A stretch of 64,000 nucleotides of DNA from a virus. Under the pieces are notes generated by a model that ran no database searches, had not been told where the DNA came from, and saw nothing but the letters and a program-made list of their open reading frames with translations. Both the position numbers and the translations under genes were made by a program. Shown one piece after another: positions 1-8,766 of the stretch. Every line of letters begins with the position of its first letter. The first letter of the stretch is position 1. The DNA lies in IMG/VR virus record IMGVR_UViG_3300042380_000637, positions 3,921 to 67,920 of that record. One strand, written 5' to 3'.

Positions 1-60
1 TAGATGTGACGAGAGAAACGGCATACTTCACTACAGATTTTAATCCAACGCCATACAGGA

Positions 61-351
61 TTATGCAATCCTTGAGGGCCACTTTTCTCTTTTTTGTAGG
101 CATATCACCGTAAAACCTTTTGCGTCCGTCTCTAATACTTTATACAAATCCTTATAAACTCTATGAATGTATTGCTTCGGGGGCGTGTTACACCGGGCAT
201 TCCAATTATATATACTCACCCGTGAAATCTGCCCCCTTTGCAATTGCCACCATCGATTTCTATACATAGGAGATGGCTTCCGTCTGGGCCTTTTGCGCTT
301 GCCCTCTACGACAATGGAAATATATTTTTCGCTATTCATATCCCCTTCCAT
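61..351 (-). CDS. hypothetical protein
   Basis: 96-aa basic ORF, co-oriented with and abutting 332..862; no recognisable motif. Confidence 0.4.
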   Translation of the reverse strand: MEGDMNSEKYISIVVEGKRKRPRRKPSPMYRNRWWQLQRGQISRVSIYNWNARCNTPPKQYIHRVYKDLYKVLETDAKGFTVICLQKREKWPSRIA

Positions 352-862
352 TAATCAACTGGTCGTGCAGGCTTGCGCCGTCATATTTTGACTTCCCTTT
401 TCCAGCAACACGAAGAAGCTCGTCTTTTATTTCATTGTTGCCTTTAAACAGCTCAACTTCTCTTTTTTCAATCTCCAGCTCAATGGCAGAAAGCTTCATG
501 GCATTTTCAAGTTTGGCCTTATAGCTGGTGTTTTCATTGGATGCTCCCTCTTCTGAGGCTTCCACCTCGCGCAAGCTGTTGCATACATTGTGCTTCATCA
601 CCACCAAACTCCAATATGTCTCATACTTTCTGTTTATGCGGAAATAAGCTATGCTCAAATCCCGCACTTCCATTTCATCAGGGCAATAATTCAGCATCCT
701 CGTAGCTTCCTCCACCCGTTTGCTCCAGCTCATTGTCGGAGAAAGGGAGTTGCTGTAAATCAACTCTATCCATTTTTCCGCTTTGTTTTTTGCGTTGGTT
801 GGTTCTTGTGCTAACGGGCTGCTGTTTTCGCCATTCCCTGATGAGATTTTTTGCTTCTTCAT
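332..862 (-). CDS. hypothetical phage protein (helical/coiled-coil C-terminus)
   Basis: 176-aa ORF in a minus-strand run; start uncertain because it overlaps 678..1157. Confidence 0.55.
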   Translation of the reverse strand: MKKQKISSGNGENSSPLAQEPTNAKNKAEKWIELIYSNSLSPTMSWSKRVEEATRMLNYCPDEMEVRDLSIAYFRINRKYETYWSLVVMKHNVCNSLREVEASEEGASNENTSYKAKLENAMKLSAIELEIEKREVELFKGNNEIKDELLRVAGKGKSKYDGASLHDQLINGRGYE

Positions 863-1157
863 ATGTTTCTACATCTATTTTTCCATTTGTACACCCCCTG
901 CAAAAGCTGTGCAAAAGTTTCACCATCAACGGAATCGTGCCAACAAGGAAGCTATCGCTCTTGTCTGTCAGACCCGTAGCTACAAGGTAATTACTGTTTG
1001 CGACATAAATTTCGTAACAGCCAATGCGTTTATTAAAGACGCGTCTCCAAATCTTTTTGAACGCCTGTATATCATCACTCCCGTTACGCCATTCATCTCT
1101 GCTGTTCTCACATGCACTTTTGCGCGTATCCTCTTGAACTTTCTTAGGATTTTCCAT
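678..1157 (-). CDS. hypothetical protein
   Basis: 159-aa ORF with protein-like composition; about 185 nt overlap with 332..862. Confidence 0.45.
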   Translation of the reverse strand: MENPKKVQEDTRKSACENSRDEWRNGSDDIQAFKKIWRRVFNKRIGCYEIYVANSNYLVATGLTDKSDSFLVGTIPLMVKLLHSFCRGCTNGKIDVETYEEAKNLIREWRKQQPVSTRTNQRKKQSGKMDRVDLQQLPFSDNELEQTGGGSYEDAELLP

Positions 1158-1324
1158 GACCGTACAACAACATTAGTGTGAGCTTTTGGATAGAATTGCC
1201 AGCCATGCTGGAGATAGTGTTCAATCCCGTAAAAGGGCAACCTGCCAGATTTGCTTTCCCCAACTCGTAAAAAGTAATCATTTGTCAGGGCGTGATGATG
1301 TTTTCTCTTGGGAGCCTCCTCCAT
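980..1324 (-). CDS. hypothetical protein
   Basis: ORF fills the gap between neighbours but overlaps 678..1157. Confidence 0.3.
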   Translation of the reverse strand: MEEAPKRKHHHALTNDYFLRVGESKSGRLPFYGIEHYLQHGWQFYPKAHTNVVVRSWKILRKFKRIRAKVHVRTAEMNGVTGVMIYRRSKRFGDASLINALAVTKFMSQTVITL

Positions 1325-1566
1325 ATTGTTATATTGTCTTCGTATATATCAAACACAAAGCCAGAGGGAATATTGTTGCGCTTCCTCCAACGAGAAAAAC
1401 TGCTCTTGATGCTGTTGTATAGATTCTCTGTTGGAACGCACTCAATCACCAAAGCCATATACCCGGCATTCTTAAACGGGGAAAAATCATATCTGCATGG
1501 CCTGCCTTTTGATTTTGTATACAAAGGCACGAATTTTAATGGAGGCATATCAACTTCCTTTGACAT
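1285..1566 (-). CDS. small basic protein, possible DNA-binding
   Basis: GRPCRYDF...SIKSSFSRWRKR...ITIWR pattern typical of small phage DNA-binding proteins. Confidence 0.55.
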   Translation of the reverse strand: MSKEVDMPPLKFVPLYTKSKGRPCRYDFSPFKNAGYMALVIECVPTENLYNSIKSSFSRWRKRNNIPSGFVFDIYEDNITIWRRLPRENIITP

Positions 1567-2179
1567 ATTCTATATAATGTACGCCCTCCCCCGTAGCCTC
1601 AATATACTTGGCCTTTAAAAGGAATCCGCCCTCCCAGTTTTGCCGCGCTTTGTTAGGATTGCCCCAGAATACAGGAGTTCCTTCGGGGAAATGGCTATTT
1701 TTTCGGGCAATAATCCCTTTATCAATATGCCAATCACACCACTCCTGTTTTGGTTTTTGCATGCTGTCGTGGCTGATTTCCTGTATTGTGGGCAAGTAGA
1801 GCAGCCCCTGCCGTTTCTCTATGGGTTTGCAATAAATATACTCGCCAAACATCTCGTCTTCCACCTGCACAATGTCGTATTCCGGCACAAGGACATGTCC
1901 TTTAATACTCACCCCGCTTTTCATCGTGAACTCCGTATTTGTAAACCAAAACTTTATTTTTTTGTCAAGTAGCTCTGGCTTCCCGTCTCTGGGGATGTTC
2001 TTCACCACCCCATGTTCTGTAAGTCCGCTTACAGGGTCATTCCGCGTGATTGGCACTTTTAGCGTTATCCGCTCTCCATTTGCCCCTTTAATGTCCACTT
2101 CATCCTCCTGCATGCCATCCACTTTAACAATGTAATACTTGGGCATAACAAGGTTTTCGCTCCATTCAATTTCTGTCAT
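1550..2179 (-). CDS. hypothetical protein, possibly GroES-like fold
   Basis: ATG at 2179 follows a TACATTTG promoter; beta-rich pattern (YIVKVD...HGVVKNIP...VFWG) reminiscent of GroES-like proteins of Bacteroidota phages. Confidence 0.55.
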   Translation of the reverse strand: MTEIEWSENLVMPKYYIVKVDGMQEDEVDIKGANGERITLKVPITRNDPVSGLTEHGVVKNIPRDGKPELLDKKIKFWFTNTEFTMKSGVSIKGHVLVPEYDIVQVEDEMFGEYIYCKPIEKRQGLLYLPTIQEISHDSMQKPKQEWCDWHIDKGIIARKNSHFPEGTPVFWGNPNKARQNWEGGFLLKAKYIEATGEGVHYIEYVKGS

Positions 2180-2201
2180 ATGTGTTTTTATATTTATTGG
2201 G

Positions 2202-2209
2202 CAAATGTA
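2202..2209 (-). promoter_or_regulatory. Bacteroidota sigma-A -7 box (TACATTTG)
   Basis: CAAATGTA on the plus strand, 22 nt upstream of the ATG at 2179. Confidence 0.6.
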
Positions 2210-2303
2210 TATTTTTACTAATTGTAAACAAAATAGGGGCTTAAAAAGCCCCCAATTTGTGCAATTGTTACACACTAAAACACATTGAAAAAAATACTAA
2301 CTT

Positions 2304-2612
2304 TTACTTATCATCTCGTCTGAGAAATATAGCCCCAAATATAGCCCCTATTGCAGCCATTGCAACAGAAATTGTTTGCCAAACGCTTTTAGAAGATTTA
2401 TTTTCTATTTTCACCTGTTCCAAAGCGGACATTTGATTAATTAAATTCCTCACATCCGCCTCCAGATTTTTTATTTTTTCACGCAATTGCTTGTTTTCGT
2501 TATACAACTCAAGTACTTCGTACTCGTTTGCACGCATAACGCCCTCCAGCTGCTCCCGGCTCATGCCCATTATGGCATCCATGTCGTAAGAATATGGCCT
2601 AAGATGTTTCAT
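2304..2612 (-). CDS. coiled-coil protein with C-terminal transmembrane helix
   Basis: heptad-like middle region; hydrophobic tail ISVAMAAIGAIFGAIFL followed by RR. Confidence 0.65.
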   Translation of the reverse strand: MKHLRPYSYDMDAIMGMSREQLEGVMRANEYEVLELYNENKQLREKIKNLEADVRNLINQMSALEQVKIENKSSKSVWQTISVAMAAIGAIFGAIFLRRDDK

Positions 2613-2627
2613 TATACAAATATCGCA

Positions 2628-3131
2628 TTATTCTTCGGAAAATGTTGTCTTCAAATAATCTGGCATCTCCTCCCCATCATCTGTCACTTTACGAAAATCC
2701 AACACAACACGCCTCCCCTCGTCCGTTTCAAAGAAATCTACGCGGTCTTTATTGCTTCCACGCCAAAATACCACAGGGCTTAACACATAATCATTCCTGC
2801 TCCCGTATATCAACCCCAGATTACCAAGGCTCTTCAAATGCTTGGGAAGATTATTCAACGAAATGCCTGTTACATGGGCTATGTGCTTGCGCCTCTCTGG
2901 AGACAACACCACAACCCCTGTCCCAAACTCCGCATACTGCGTAAGCTGCCACAACACCTTTACATCGTGCAAGCTCTTTATCCGGAACAGCGGAGCCATA
3001 TACTTATAATATGTCATGTAAAACTCATCCCCCTTAAAAGGAATGCTGTAATACTGCGTCTCTGTCTGGAATCTCTTGTTCCCACTCTCGTCCTCATAGG
3101 ACACAATCTTTAAGTTTTTCTTTGTAGCCAT
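2628..3131 (-). CDS. RepL-like winged-helix DNA-binding protein
   Basis: HTH-like segment RKHIAHVTGISLNNLPKHLKSL followed by YVLSPVVFWRG, the RepL-family YxxxPxxFWxG motif; TATTTTTG box at 3151-3158. Confidence 0.65.
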   Translation of the reverse strand: MATKKNLKIVSYEDESGNKRFQTETQYYSIPFKGDEFYMTYYKYMAPLFRIKSLHDVKVLWQLTQYAEFGTGVVVLSPERRKHIAHVTGISLNNLPKHLKSLGNLGLIYGSRNDYVLSPVVFWRGSNKDRVDFFETDEGRRVVLDFRKVTDDGEEMPDYLKTTFSEE

Positions 3132-3218
3132 TTGTATTAAAAATTTACGACAAAAATATTGACCCTTTCCAAAAAATACTAACAAGAAAAGTAGAAACTA
3201 CTATCCTGTTAGACCACA

Positions 3219-3256
3219 CTACTCGTACACGAGCGTTTTCTACTCGTATACGAGTA
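3219..3256. repeat. tandem palindromic operator-like sites
   Basis: CTACTCGTACACGAG (3219) and CTACTCGTATACGAG (3240), 21 bp apart; the second lies in the perfect 16-bp palindrome TACTCGTATACGAGTA (3241-3256). Confidence 0.7.
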
Positions 3257-3339
3257 CTTTTTTTGGTACAAGTCCTTCACAACCACATCGTTAAGAACCC
3301 CTTTTCTATCTATTCTTTCATACTGAATTTTTCTTCACT

Positions 3340-3960
3340 TTTTGCCTGCTTTAACACCCCTTTTGTACACACCCCTCCCCCGGCCATTTCCCTACAAGCA
3401 AACTGTTTTGCCTATCCCGTCTCCCCCCCCTTATAAAAATGTAATGTTGGTGAGGCTGGCGGCTACACAATTCCCCTGTAAATATATTTAATGAGGGTTC
3501 CCCCCCCGCGCGCCCCCGCGCGTGCGTGCGTGCCGGAACGCGAACCCGCGACCCGTGTACCCGTATACATCCCGTTTACGCAGCACAGCACACACGACAG
3601 CTACGCTGCAACGCGTATACACAAACGGAAACCCGAAACCGAAACCGCTAAGAATCAACACTTTAGCCGTATACTGGGTGGCGTATACAACGCAAAGCAC
3701 ACCCCGCATACAGCCCGTTGCACAGCACACGCAGCACACATCGCACAGCACACCTGTTGCGCATAACCTGTATAGCGTATACATCACCCGTATATGCTAT
3801 GTGCATAACGCCTGCGAGGCCGTTTTTTGGCTATCGGGAAAGGGAATTACCTTACATGCCATTCATTTTTTTTCGGCTCCCACAGCAGAAATTTTCCGCC
3901 CTTATACTATGTATACCTTTAAACCTCGTCTAAAAAACGATGCACTTTATCGGAAAAACT
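3340..3960. other. non-coding strand-switch region with short repeats; possible genome terminus/packaging region
   Basis: C/A-skewed, poly-C runs, GCACAGCACAC x3 (3583, 3720, 3743), ACCCG repeats; lies between divergent gene blocks. Confidence 0.45.
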
Positions 3961-3969
3961 TACATGGCA

Positions 3970-4003
3970 TTTGGAATACAGCACCGGACTCGCCGTATAT
4001 TTG
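3970..4003 (+). promoter_or_regulatory. Bacteroidota sigma-A promoter for the early operon
   Basis: TTTG (3970-3973), 22 nt spacer, TATATTTG (3996-4003); followed by hairpin TCCGA-AGG-TCGGA and ATG at 4047. Confidence 0.7.
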
Positions 4004-4046
4004 CAGCGGCTTCCGAAGGTCGGATTGCCTCAAACACACACAACAC

Positions 4047-5225
4047 ATGTCCAACACAACACAAGTCCGCTTAGGGATGCTGCGTATCCCAACAACAACT
4101 CAAACAGCTCAGCAATGGGCAGATGATAATAAATTATCAGGCGATTTTGCAGATTACAGAGTAATCTGTTCGCACCTTGAAATCGTGTGCCACAAAACCC
4201 AATCCGGCAAGGTGGCCTTGACGCAAGCAATCATGCAAGCACGCAAGAAGAACAGCGTAGCTGTTCCTGAAACCGAAAATTCTTCACACACAGATATGAC
4301 ACACACACCTTCCTTGACCAGCGTGAGCAGCGGAGCTGCCACAACGGAATCTGCTGTAACGGCAGCCACCTTGATGCAGCAAGCTATAAGCTTGTTAGGC
4401 GTATCGGGGCAATCTTCAAACGAGTTGTCTCCGGAGCAGGAGCAGCAGGTGATAACGCTTGTGCAGAGATATGCACCCAAGTCATCCCCGCGTGAGATTG
4501 TTGTAAAGTTGCCGGATGGCGCTTCAAACTCCGTAGGAGTTGCACACGAGGTTTTTGACGATGTTTTAGCCCTTGTGAGTATCCGCAGGAATGTATACCT
4601 ACACGGCCCGGCTGGCACGGGGAAGTCGCACATAGCGAAGCAAGTGGCCGATGCTTTGGGGCTTCCTTTTAGCGCCATGAGCTTTACAGCTCAGTCGCAA
4701 GAGAGCAAGCTTTTCGGCTATATCAGCCCAATATCGGGGGAGTATATTCCTACGGAATTTTTCGCCCGATTTTCAGAGGGCGGTGTTTTTTGCCTTGATG
4801 AGGCGGACGCAGCCAACCCGAACCTGCTCAACGGGCTTAACATGGCGATTGCACAGGGCTACGCCCCGTTCCCGCATGGCATGGTGCAAAAGCATCCCGA
4901 TTTCATTTGTATAGCCTCCGCAAACACCTTCGGTGATGGCGCAACCGAAGAATATATAGGGCGCAACCCTTTGGACAAGGCGACCAAAGATAGGTTTCAG
5001 TCGCTTTTTGTTGGATATGACAAAGCGCTTGAGGCAGCACGATTCAGCGAAGCAGCGTGTAACATGGTGTGGCATGAGCGTGAGCGCTTACAAGGCCGCA
5101 AGGGGTGGGTGCTTAGCATGAGAGCGCTTGAGCGTGTGGATGCTTACCTTTCGTTGGGTTGGTCAGCTGAAAAGGTGTATAAAATGGCTATTGAGGCCAA
5201 TTTGCCACAAAATTGCCGCAAATAA
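4047..5225 (+). CDS. MoxR/CbbQ/CobS-like AAA+ ATPase
   Basis: Walker A GPAGTGKS, Walker B FCLDEAD, sensor-1 ASANT, arginine-finger LDKATKDRF; start moved to the ATG downstream of the promoter. Confidence 0.9.
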   Translation: MSNTTQVRLGMLRIPTTTQTAQQWADDNKLSGDFADYRVICSHLEIVCHKTQSGKVALTQAIMQARKKNSVAVPETENSSHTDMTHTPSLTSVSSGAATTESAVTAATLMQQAISLLGVSGQSSNELSPEQEQQVITLVQRYAPKSSPREIVVKLPDGASNSVGVAHEVFDDVLALVSIRRNVYLHGPAGTGKSHIAKQVADALGLPFSAMSFTAQSQESKLFGYISPISGEYIPTEFFARFSEGGVFCLDEADAANPNLLNGLNMAIAQGYAPFPHGMVQKHPDFICIASANTFGDGATEEYIGRNPLDKATKDRFQSLFVGYDKALEAARFSEAACNMVWHERERLQGRKGWVLSMRALERVDAYLSLGWSAEKVYKMAIEANLPQNCRK

Positions 5226-5257
5226 TTTGTTTCACACACATATAAACACACACATAT

Positions 5258-6103
5258 ATGGCTATCCGCAGAACCCGTCGCAAGTCTACGACTTCATCCG
5301 CGAAGCGCACACAGGATGTACGCAGCTTCACATACAGAGATTTTAATCGTGAAATGCTCCCGCTTATAGAGGACAAGATGCACACCTATTGGAGCAAAGA
5401 TTGGGTGGGTGCAGGGCTGTATACAACAGCCGAAGAATTCATTTCCGAATACAAAAATTACGATGGCAACTTGCGCAAGGTGGCTGAGTTATACGAGGCT
5501 CGTGATATGTATATCCCCGCAAGCTCATCCGTAGAATGCACATTCATGCACGATGTGTGGGGAACCGACCTTGACTTCGCTGCATATATGCAGGGTGAGC
5601 CGGAGTGCTTCATCAATATACACCCCGCAGAGGTGATAAAAAGCAACCTGACAATCCGTGTGATGCACGGGATGTCTCAAGGGGTGAATGCCCGTGAGGC
5701 CACGGAAAAATACCTCAAAATTGCCGACTTGTATACGGCAGCTTTGTCAAAGTATAATGTTCGTGTAGTCCTTGAGTGGGCGGGCGTGTCAAGAAACGGC
5801 TCGGTGGACTTCACATATAAATATGAGGTGGAGCTTTGCGGATTTGGCGAGGTGCTTTCCCCGCTCACACTCGTAAGCGCCCTGAGCGCCCCCACATACA
5901 GGGCTGTAATGTTGGGTGTTTGCGCCACCTTCGGAGCAACAAGCTGTGAGTGGCATCCAGACCAACAAGCCTACCTAAACAAGCCCGCTGTTATACGGGA
6001 GGGTGATTCAATTATCATCCCGCCTATATACAACCAAAGCAAGTCTGAATGGGAGCTTGAGAACATGATGCGGGCTGCAGGATTGACAGAGGAGGGCGCG
6101 TAA
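5258..6103 (+). CDS. vWA/CobT-like partner of the AAA+ ATPase
   Basis: immediately downstream of a MoxR-type ATPase; GTDLDFAAYMQGEPECF motif then an alpha/beta region; MIDAS not clearly intact. Confidence 0.65.
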   Translation: MAIRRTRRKSTTSSAKRTQDVRSFTYRDFNREMLPLIEDKMHTYWSKDWVGAGLYTTAEEFISEYKNYDGNLRKVAELYEARDMYIPASSSVECTFMHDVWGTDLDFAAYMQGEPECFINIHPAEVIKSNLTIRVMHGMSQGVNAREATEKYLKIADLYTAALSKYNVRVVLEWAGVSRNGSVDFTYKYEVELCGFGEVLSPLTLVSALSAPTYRAVMLGVCATFGATSCEWHPDQQAYLNKPAVIREGDSIIIPPIYNQSKSEWELENMMRAAGLTEEGA

Positions 6104-6114
6104 GCCCTCCGCCC

Positions 6115-6189
6115 TCCGGAGCAGGGCTTGTATACAGCAACGCTGTATAGGCGGTTCGATTCCGCCCTCCGGAGCAATGCCATATGGCA
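6115..6189 (+). ncRNA. tRNA-like repeat element, copy 1 (with 3' hairpin)
   Basis: TCCGGAG/CTCCGGA acceptor stem; GGCGG-TTCGATT-CCGCC T-arm; TATACAGC-AAC-GCTGTATA stem; G-CAA; TGCCATATGGCA hairpin. Confidence 0.8.
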
Positions 6190-6212
6190 GATTATACACA
6201 AACCAATTTATT

Positions 6213-6440
6213 ATGTTCAAAGCACTTGCCCTCGTTACACTGTCCGCCCTTGCATCATGCATCAGCAGCCCCAAGCCCGTAAGCACAATCAAGCGCTCAC
6301 ACAATACAAAGCGTGTTGTGCGCCCCTTGTCCGAAGGTGTTGTATACGCCATGTATATCGACACAAGCTATCGTGTAGGCGACACCATCCGCATCGAATA
6401 CACACACGAAGAAACCCGTGCAGCCGTAGTTATCCGTTAA
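6213..6440 (+). CDS. putative lipoprotein
   Basis: MFKALALVTLSALASC signal peptide with lipobox LASC. Confidence 0.6.
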   Translation: MFKALALVTLSALASCISSPKPVSTIKRSHNTKRVVRPLSEGVVYAMYIDTSYRVGDTIRIEYTHEETRAAVVIR

Positions 6441-6470
6441 TCATTCTCACAAATAAAATCGTATACAATT

Positions 6471-6800
6471 ATGCTACAAATCAAAGTTCAGGGCTTGACC
6501 CTCGGAGACCTCCGCACCAACCCGATTACAGAAATCATGCAGCTGTTCTTCAAATACCAATCGGAGGAGCGCGAAGAGGTGTTACACGGATACAGCCGTA
6601 TACTCGCACTTGCATCAGATGCAGCCGCTGTGTTGCAGGATACGGATTATGATTACAACATCCGTTATATAAACAGACATGCCACTTTTCAAATGTATAA
6701 AAAGGTGGACTACTATTGCGGGATAACCGCAGACGAATATAGGGACATGATGCACCCGCTTGAGGTGGTGCGCATCATGGAGACAGAGGAGGGCGCATAA
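6471..6800 (+). CDS. hypothetical protein
   Basis: 109-aa ORF with AT-rich start; ends TEEGA like the 5258..6103 product. Confidence 0.7.
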   Translation: MLQIKVQGLTLGDLRTNPITEIMQLFFKYQSEEREEVLHGYSRILALASDAAAVLQDTDYDYNIRYINRHATFQMYKKVDYYCGITADEYRDMMHPLEVVRIMETEEGA

Positions 6801-6811
6801 GCCCTCCACAA

Positions 6812-6893
6812 TCCGGAGCGAGGCGTATACAGCCTGTGTGTGTGCTGTATAGCGGGTTCGAATCCCGCCTCCGGGGCAATGCCAATATCGGCA
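6812..6893 (+). ncRNA. tRNA-like repeat element, copy 2
   Basis: TCCGGAG/CTCCGGG; GCGGG-TTCGAAT-CCCGC; G-CAA; TGCC-AATATC-GGCA. Confidence 0.8.
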
Positions 6894-6910
6894 GATTATT
6901 CAAAACCAAA

Positions 6911-7387
6911 ATGTATATGTTTGAAGAAATGTATAACCAAGAAATTCGTAATCGTAATGTGTTGCGAGGCATATGTAACGCAAATGATTTGTTCTTTGCC
7001 CGCTTGCAGCCTATGGCCGACAGCGCTGCAAAGTGGTTGCAGAATCAGTATAACAACATGAAGCTAAACCTAAAGGTTAAGGTGGGTGAAATCCAATTTG
7101 GTAACGGGATGCGTATACTGATTAGTATACACGATGAACTTACCAAGAAAAATTATCCCTTCTGCTTTGCAGAGATAGAGATGCAAGCCGAAGCCGTTGG
7201 CGATATAGAGGTGGCCGTATACAAATCACCCGTGTACACTATACACAAGCACGACAAAATAGTGGCTCGATACAACAACATCATAGATGTAGTTGGCAAT
7301 AGCGATGTGGATGCTCTTGGTCGCAAAATTATGCGGGAACACCTTAATGCGAAATTTGGCAAGATAGGTGTAAGCGTATTGCACTAA
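6911..7387 (+). CDS. hypothetical protein
   Basis: ORF between repeat copies 2 and 3. Confidence 0.7.
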   Translation: MYMFEEMYNQEIRNRNVLRGICNANDLFFARLQPMADSAAKWLQNQYNNMKLNLKVKVGEIQFGNGMRILISIHDELTKKNYPFCFAEIEMQAEAVGDIEVAVYKSPVYTIHKHDKIVARYNNIIDVVGNSDVDALGRKIMREHLNAKFGKIGVSVLH

Positions 7388-7397
7388 CACACATACA

Positions 7398-7467
7398 TCC
7401 GGAGGGCGCAGGGCGTATACACGGGAGGTTCGATTCCTCCCTCCGGAGCAATGCACAATGGTGTGCA
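7398..7467 (+). ncRNA. tRNA-like repeat element, copy 3
   Basis: TCCGGAG/CTCCGGA; GGAGG-TTCGATT-CCTCC; G-CAA; TGCACA-ATGG-TGTGCA. Confidence 0.8.
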
Positions 7468-7487
7468 GATATATATACACTTATCAT

Positions 7488-7658
7488 ATGCCTAAATTAC
7501 TTCGTAATTCTCTCGCTCTCCTGTGCGCCTTCTGCATGATGGCTGCGTTCCTGCTCATGTTTCTCGACCCTGCCCATATAGAGGCAGAGTGCTTCTTCTT
7601 CTGTGTATACGGAGGAATGGCTGCCTTGTTGCTGTACCATGAAAGGGATGCGGATTAG
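7488..7658 (+). CDS. small two-TM membrane protein
   Basis: two hydrophobic segments; follows repeat copy 3. Confidence 0.55.
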   Translation: MPKLLRNSLALLCAFCMMAAFLLMFLDPAHIEAECFFFCVYGGMAALLLYHERDAD

Positions 7659-7759
7659 GGTAGGGCGTGAAAAACAAATTTGAAAAAAAATTTTGCGCTT
7701 CTTTATCATAGATAAGTGGCGGGATGTCGAAACTTTTTCCGGCTTTTGTCGAAAAAAAA

Positions 7760-7792
7760 TTTGGATTTGATTTTCCCGCCACATTACATTTG
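7760..7792 (+). promoter_or_regulatory. Bacteroidota sigma-A promoter
   Basis: TTTG (7760), 21 nt spacer, TACATTTG (7785-7792); A/T tracts upstream. Confidence 0.7.
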
Positions 7793-7836
7793 CCTCATCG
7801 TTTCATCTCTCACACTCTATTACACACACTACACAC

Positions 7837-8067
7837 ATGTTACACATCTCTAACGGCTTGCTCACCTCCGAATCGGTGGCACTATTACGCAAACATTCTT
7901 TATCAAAGGATGCCAATCCTGTGCATAAAATCGCTGAGGGCATGGCCTTCGCTGATGTCGTGCAAGAAATCCCGCTGCCCGCACTCATACAAGTGGTGGG
8001 CTTGCGTGTGAACATCAGCAAGGTGGCGGCCATCACAATTGTGCATTTTCACTGCTCTCCCAACTGA
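7837..8067 (+). CDS. hypothetical protein
   Basis: 76-aa ORF after the promoter; stop 7 nt before repeat copy 4. Confidence 0.6.
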   Translation: MLHISNGLLTSESVALLRKHSLSKDANPVHKIAEGMAFADVVQEIPLPALIQVVGLRVNISKVAAITIVHFHCSPN

Positions 8068-8074
8068 GGGCGCA

Positions 8075-8140
8075 TCCGGAAACGCAAGGGCGTATACAAG
8101 GCGGGTTCGAATCCCGCTTCCGGAGCAATGCCATATGGCA
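8075..8140 (+). ncRNA. tRNA-like repeat element, copy 4
   Basis: TCCGGAA/TTCCGGA (compensatory change); GCGGG-TTCGAAT-CCCGC; G-CAA; TGCCATATGGCA. Confidence 0.8.
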
Positions 8141-8166
8141 GATTATACACAAACCAATTACACTAT

Positions 8167-8403
8167 ATGACAACGCAAGAGAAATTGCAAGCACAGATTA
8201 ACTATTACGCTGATGTTGTTGAGCGCAGAGGCAGCGCAAGGTGGGATGTATCACCATCAGCCGGATATGGGTGGGATGCGGATGAGTGGAATTACAGGTA
8301 TGACATCATGGCTGCGCTTCGTGAGCGGGGATATTCGGTGCGCTCCGAAGTCAATCACGGGGTAACGGATATTTTTATCACCAAACCAATTTCATTATCC
8401 TAA
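8167..8403 (+). CDS. hypothetical protein
   Basis: ORF starting MTTQEKL after repeat copy 4. Confidence 0.7.
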   Translation: MTTQEKLQAQINYYADVVERRGSARWDVSPSAGYGWDADEWNYRYDIMAALRERGYSVRSEVNHGVTDIFITKPISLS

Positions 8404-8462
8404 TCAATATACACATGGAATTTCATCACCAAACCAATTCTATTATTTTAACCAATATACAC

Positions 8463-8753
8463 ATGGAAACCAAACCAATTGTTTTGTGCAGAGAGATAAA
8501 TGGATATACACCCGCGGTATGGAACGCTTCGGGCGAACTTATAGGTGTTATATGCCCGCAAAGCGGTGTGGTAAACATTGCCAATCAAATCAATGAATTA
8601 TTGACCAGCTACTTCCCAGATGGTACATTGCTGCCAAATGAAACAAACGCATCTTTTGGATGGGCGGATGGGTATTTAGATTTATATACAAACTATACAT
8701 ACGATGGGGAAAAAGAACATGTAAGATTAACATGGGTGCGTATGTATAGATAA
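8463..8753 (+). CDS. hypothetical protein
   Basis: ORF starting METKPIV; alternative in-frame start at 8415 created by a duplication. Confidence 0.65.
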   Translation: METKPIVLCREINGYTPAVWNASGELIGVICPQSGVVNIANQINELLTSYFPDGTLLPNETNASFGWADGYLDLYTNYTYDGEKEHVRLTWVRMYR

Positions 8754-8766
8754 CACACACACCACA

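Noticed and set aside
3522-4046. 175-aa N-terminal extension of the AAA+ ATPase in the ORF track
   Set aside because: It runs through low-complexity repeat DNA and across a consensus promoter; ATG 4047 fits better.
6177-8166. ATG inside the repeat (CAATGCC) as the start of downstream genes (MPYGRLYTNQ)
   Set aside because: In frame for copies 1 and 4 but not for others such as 2 and 8, and it overlaps the hairpin; downstream AT-rich ATGs are better starts.
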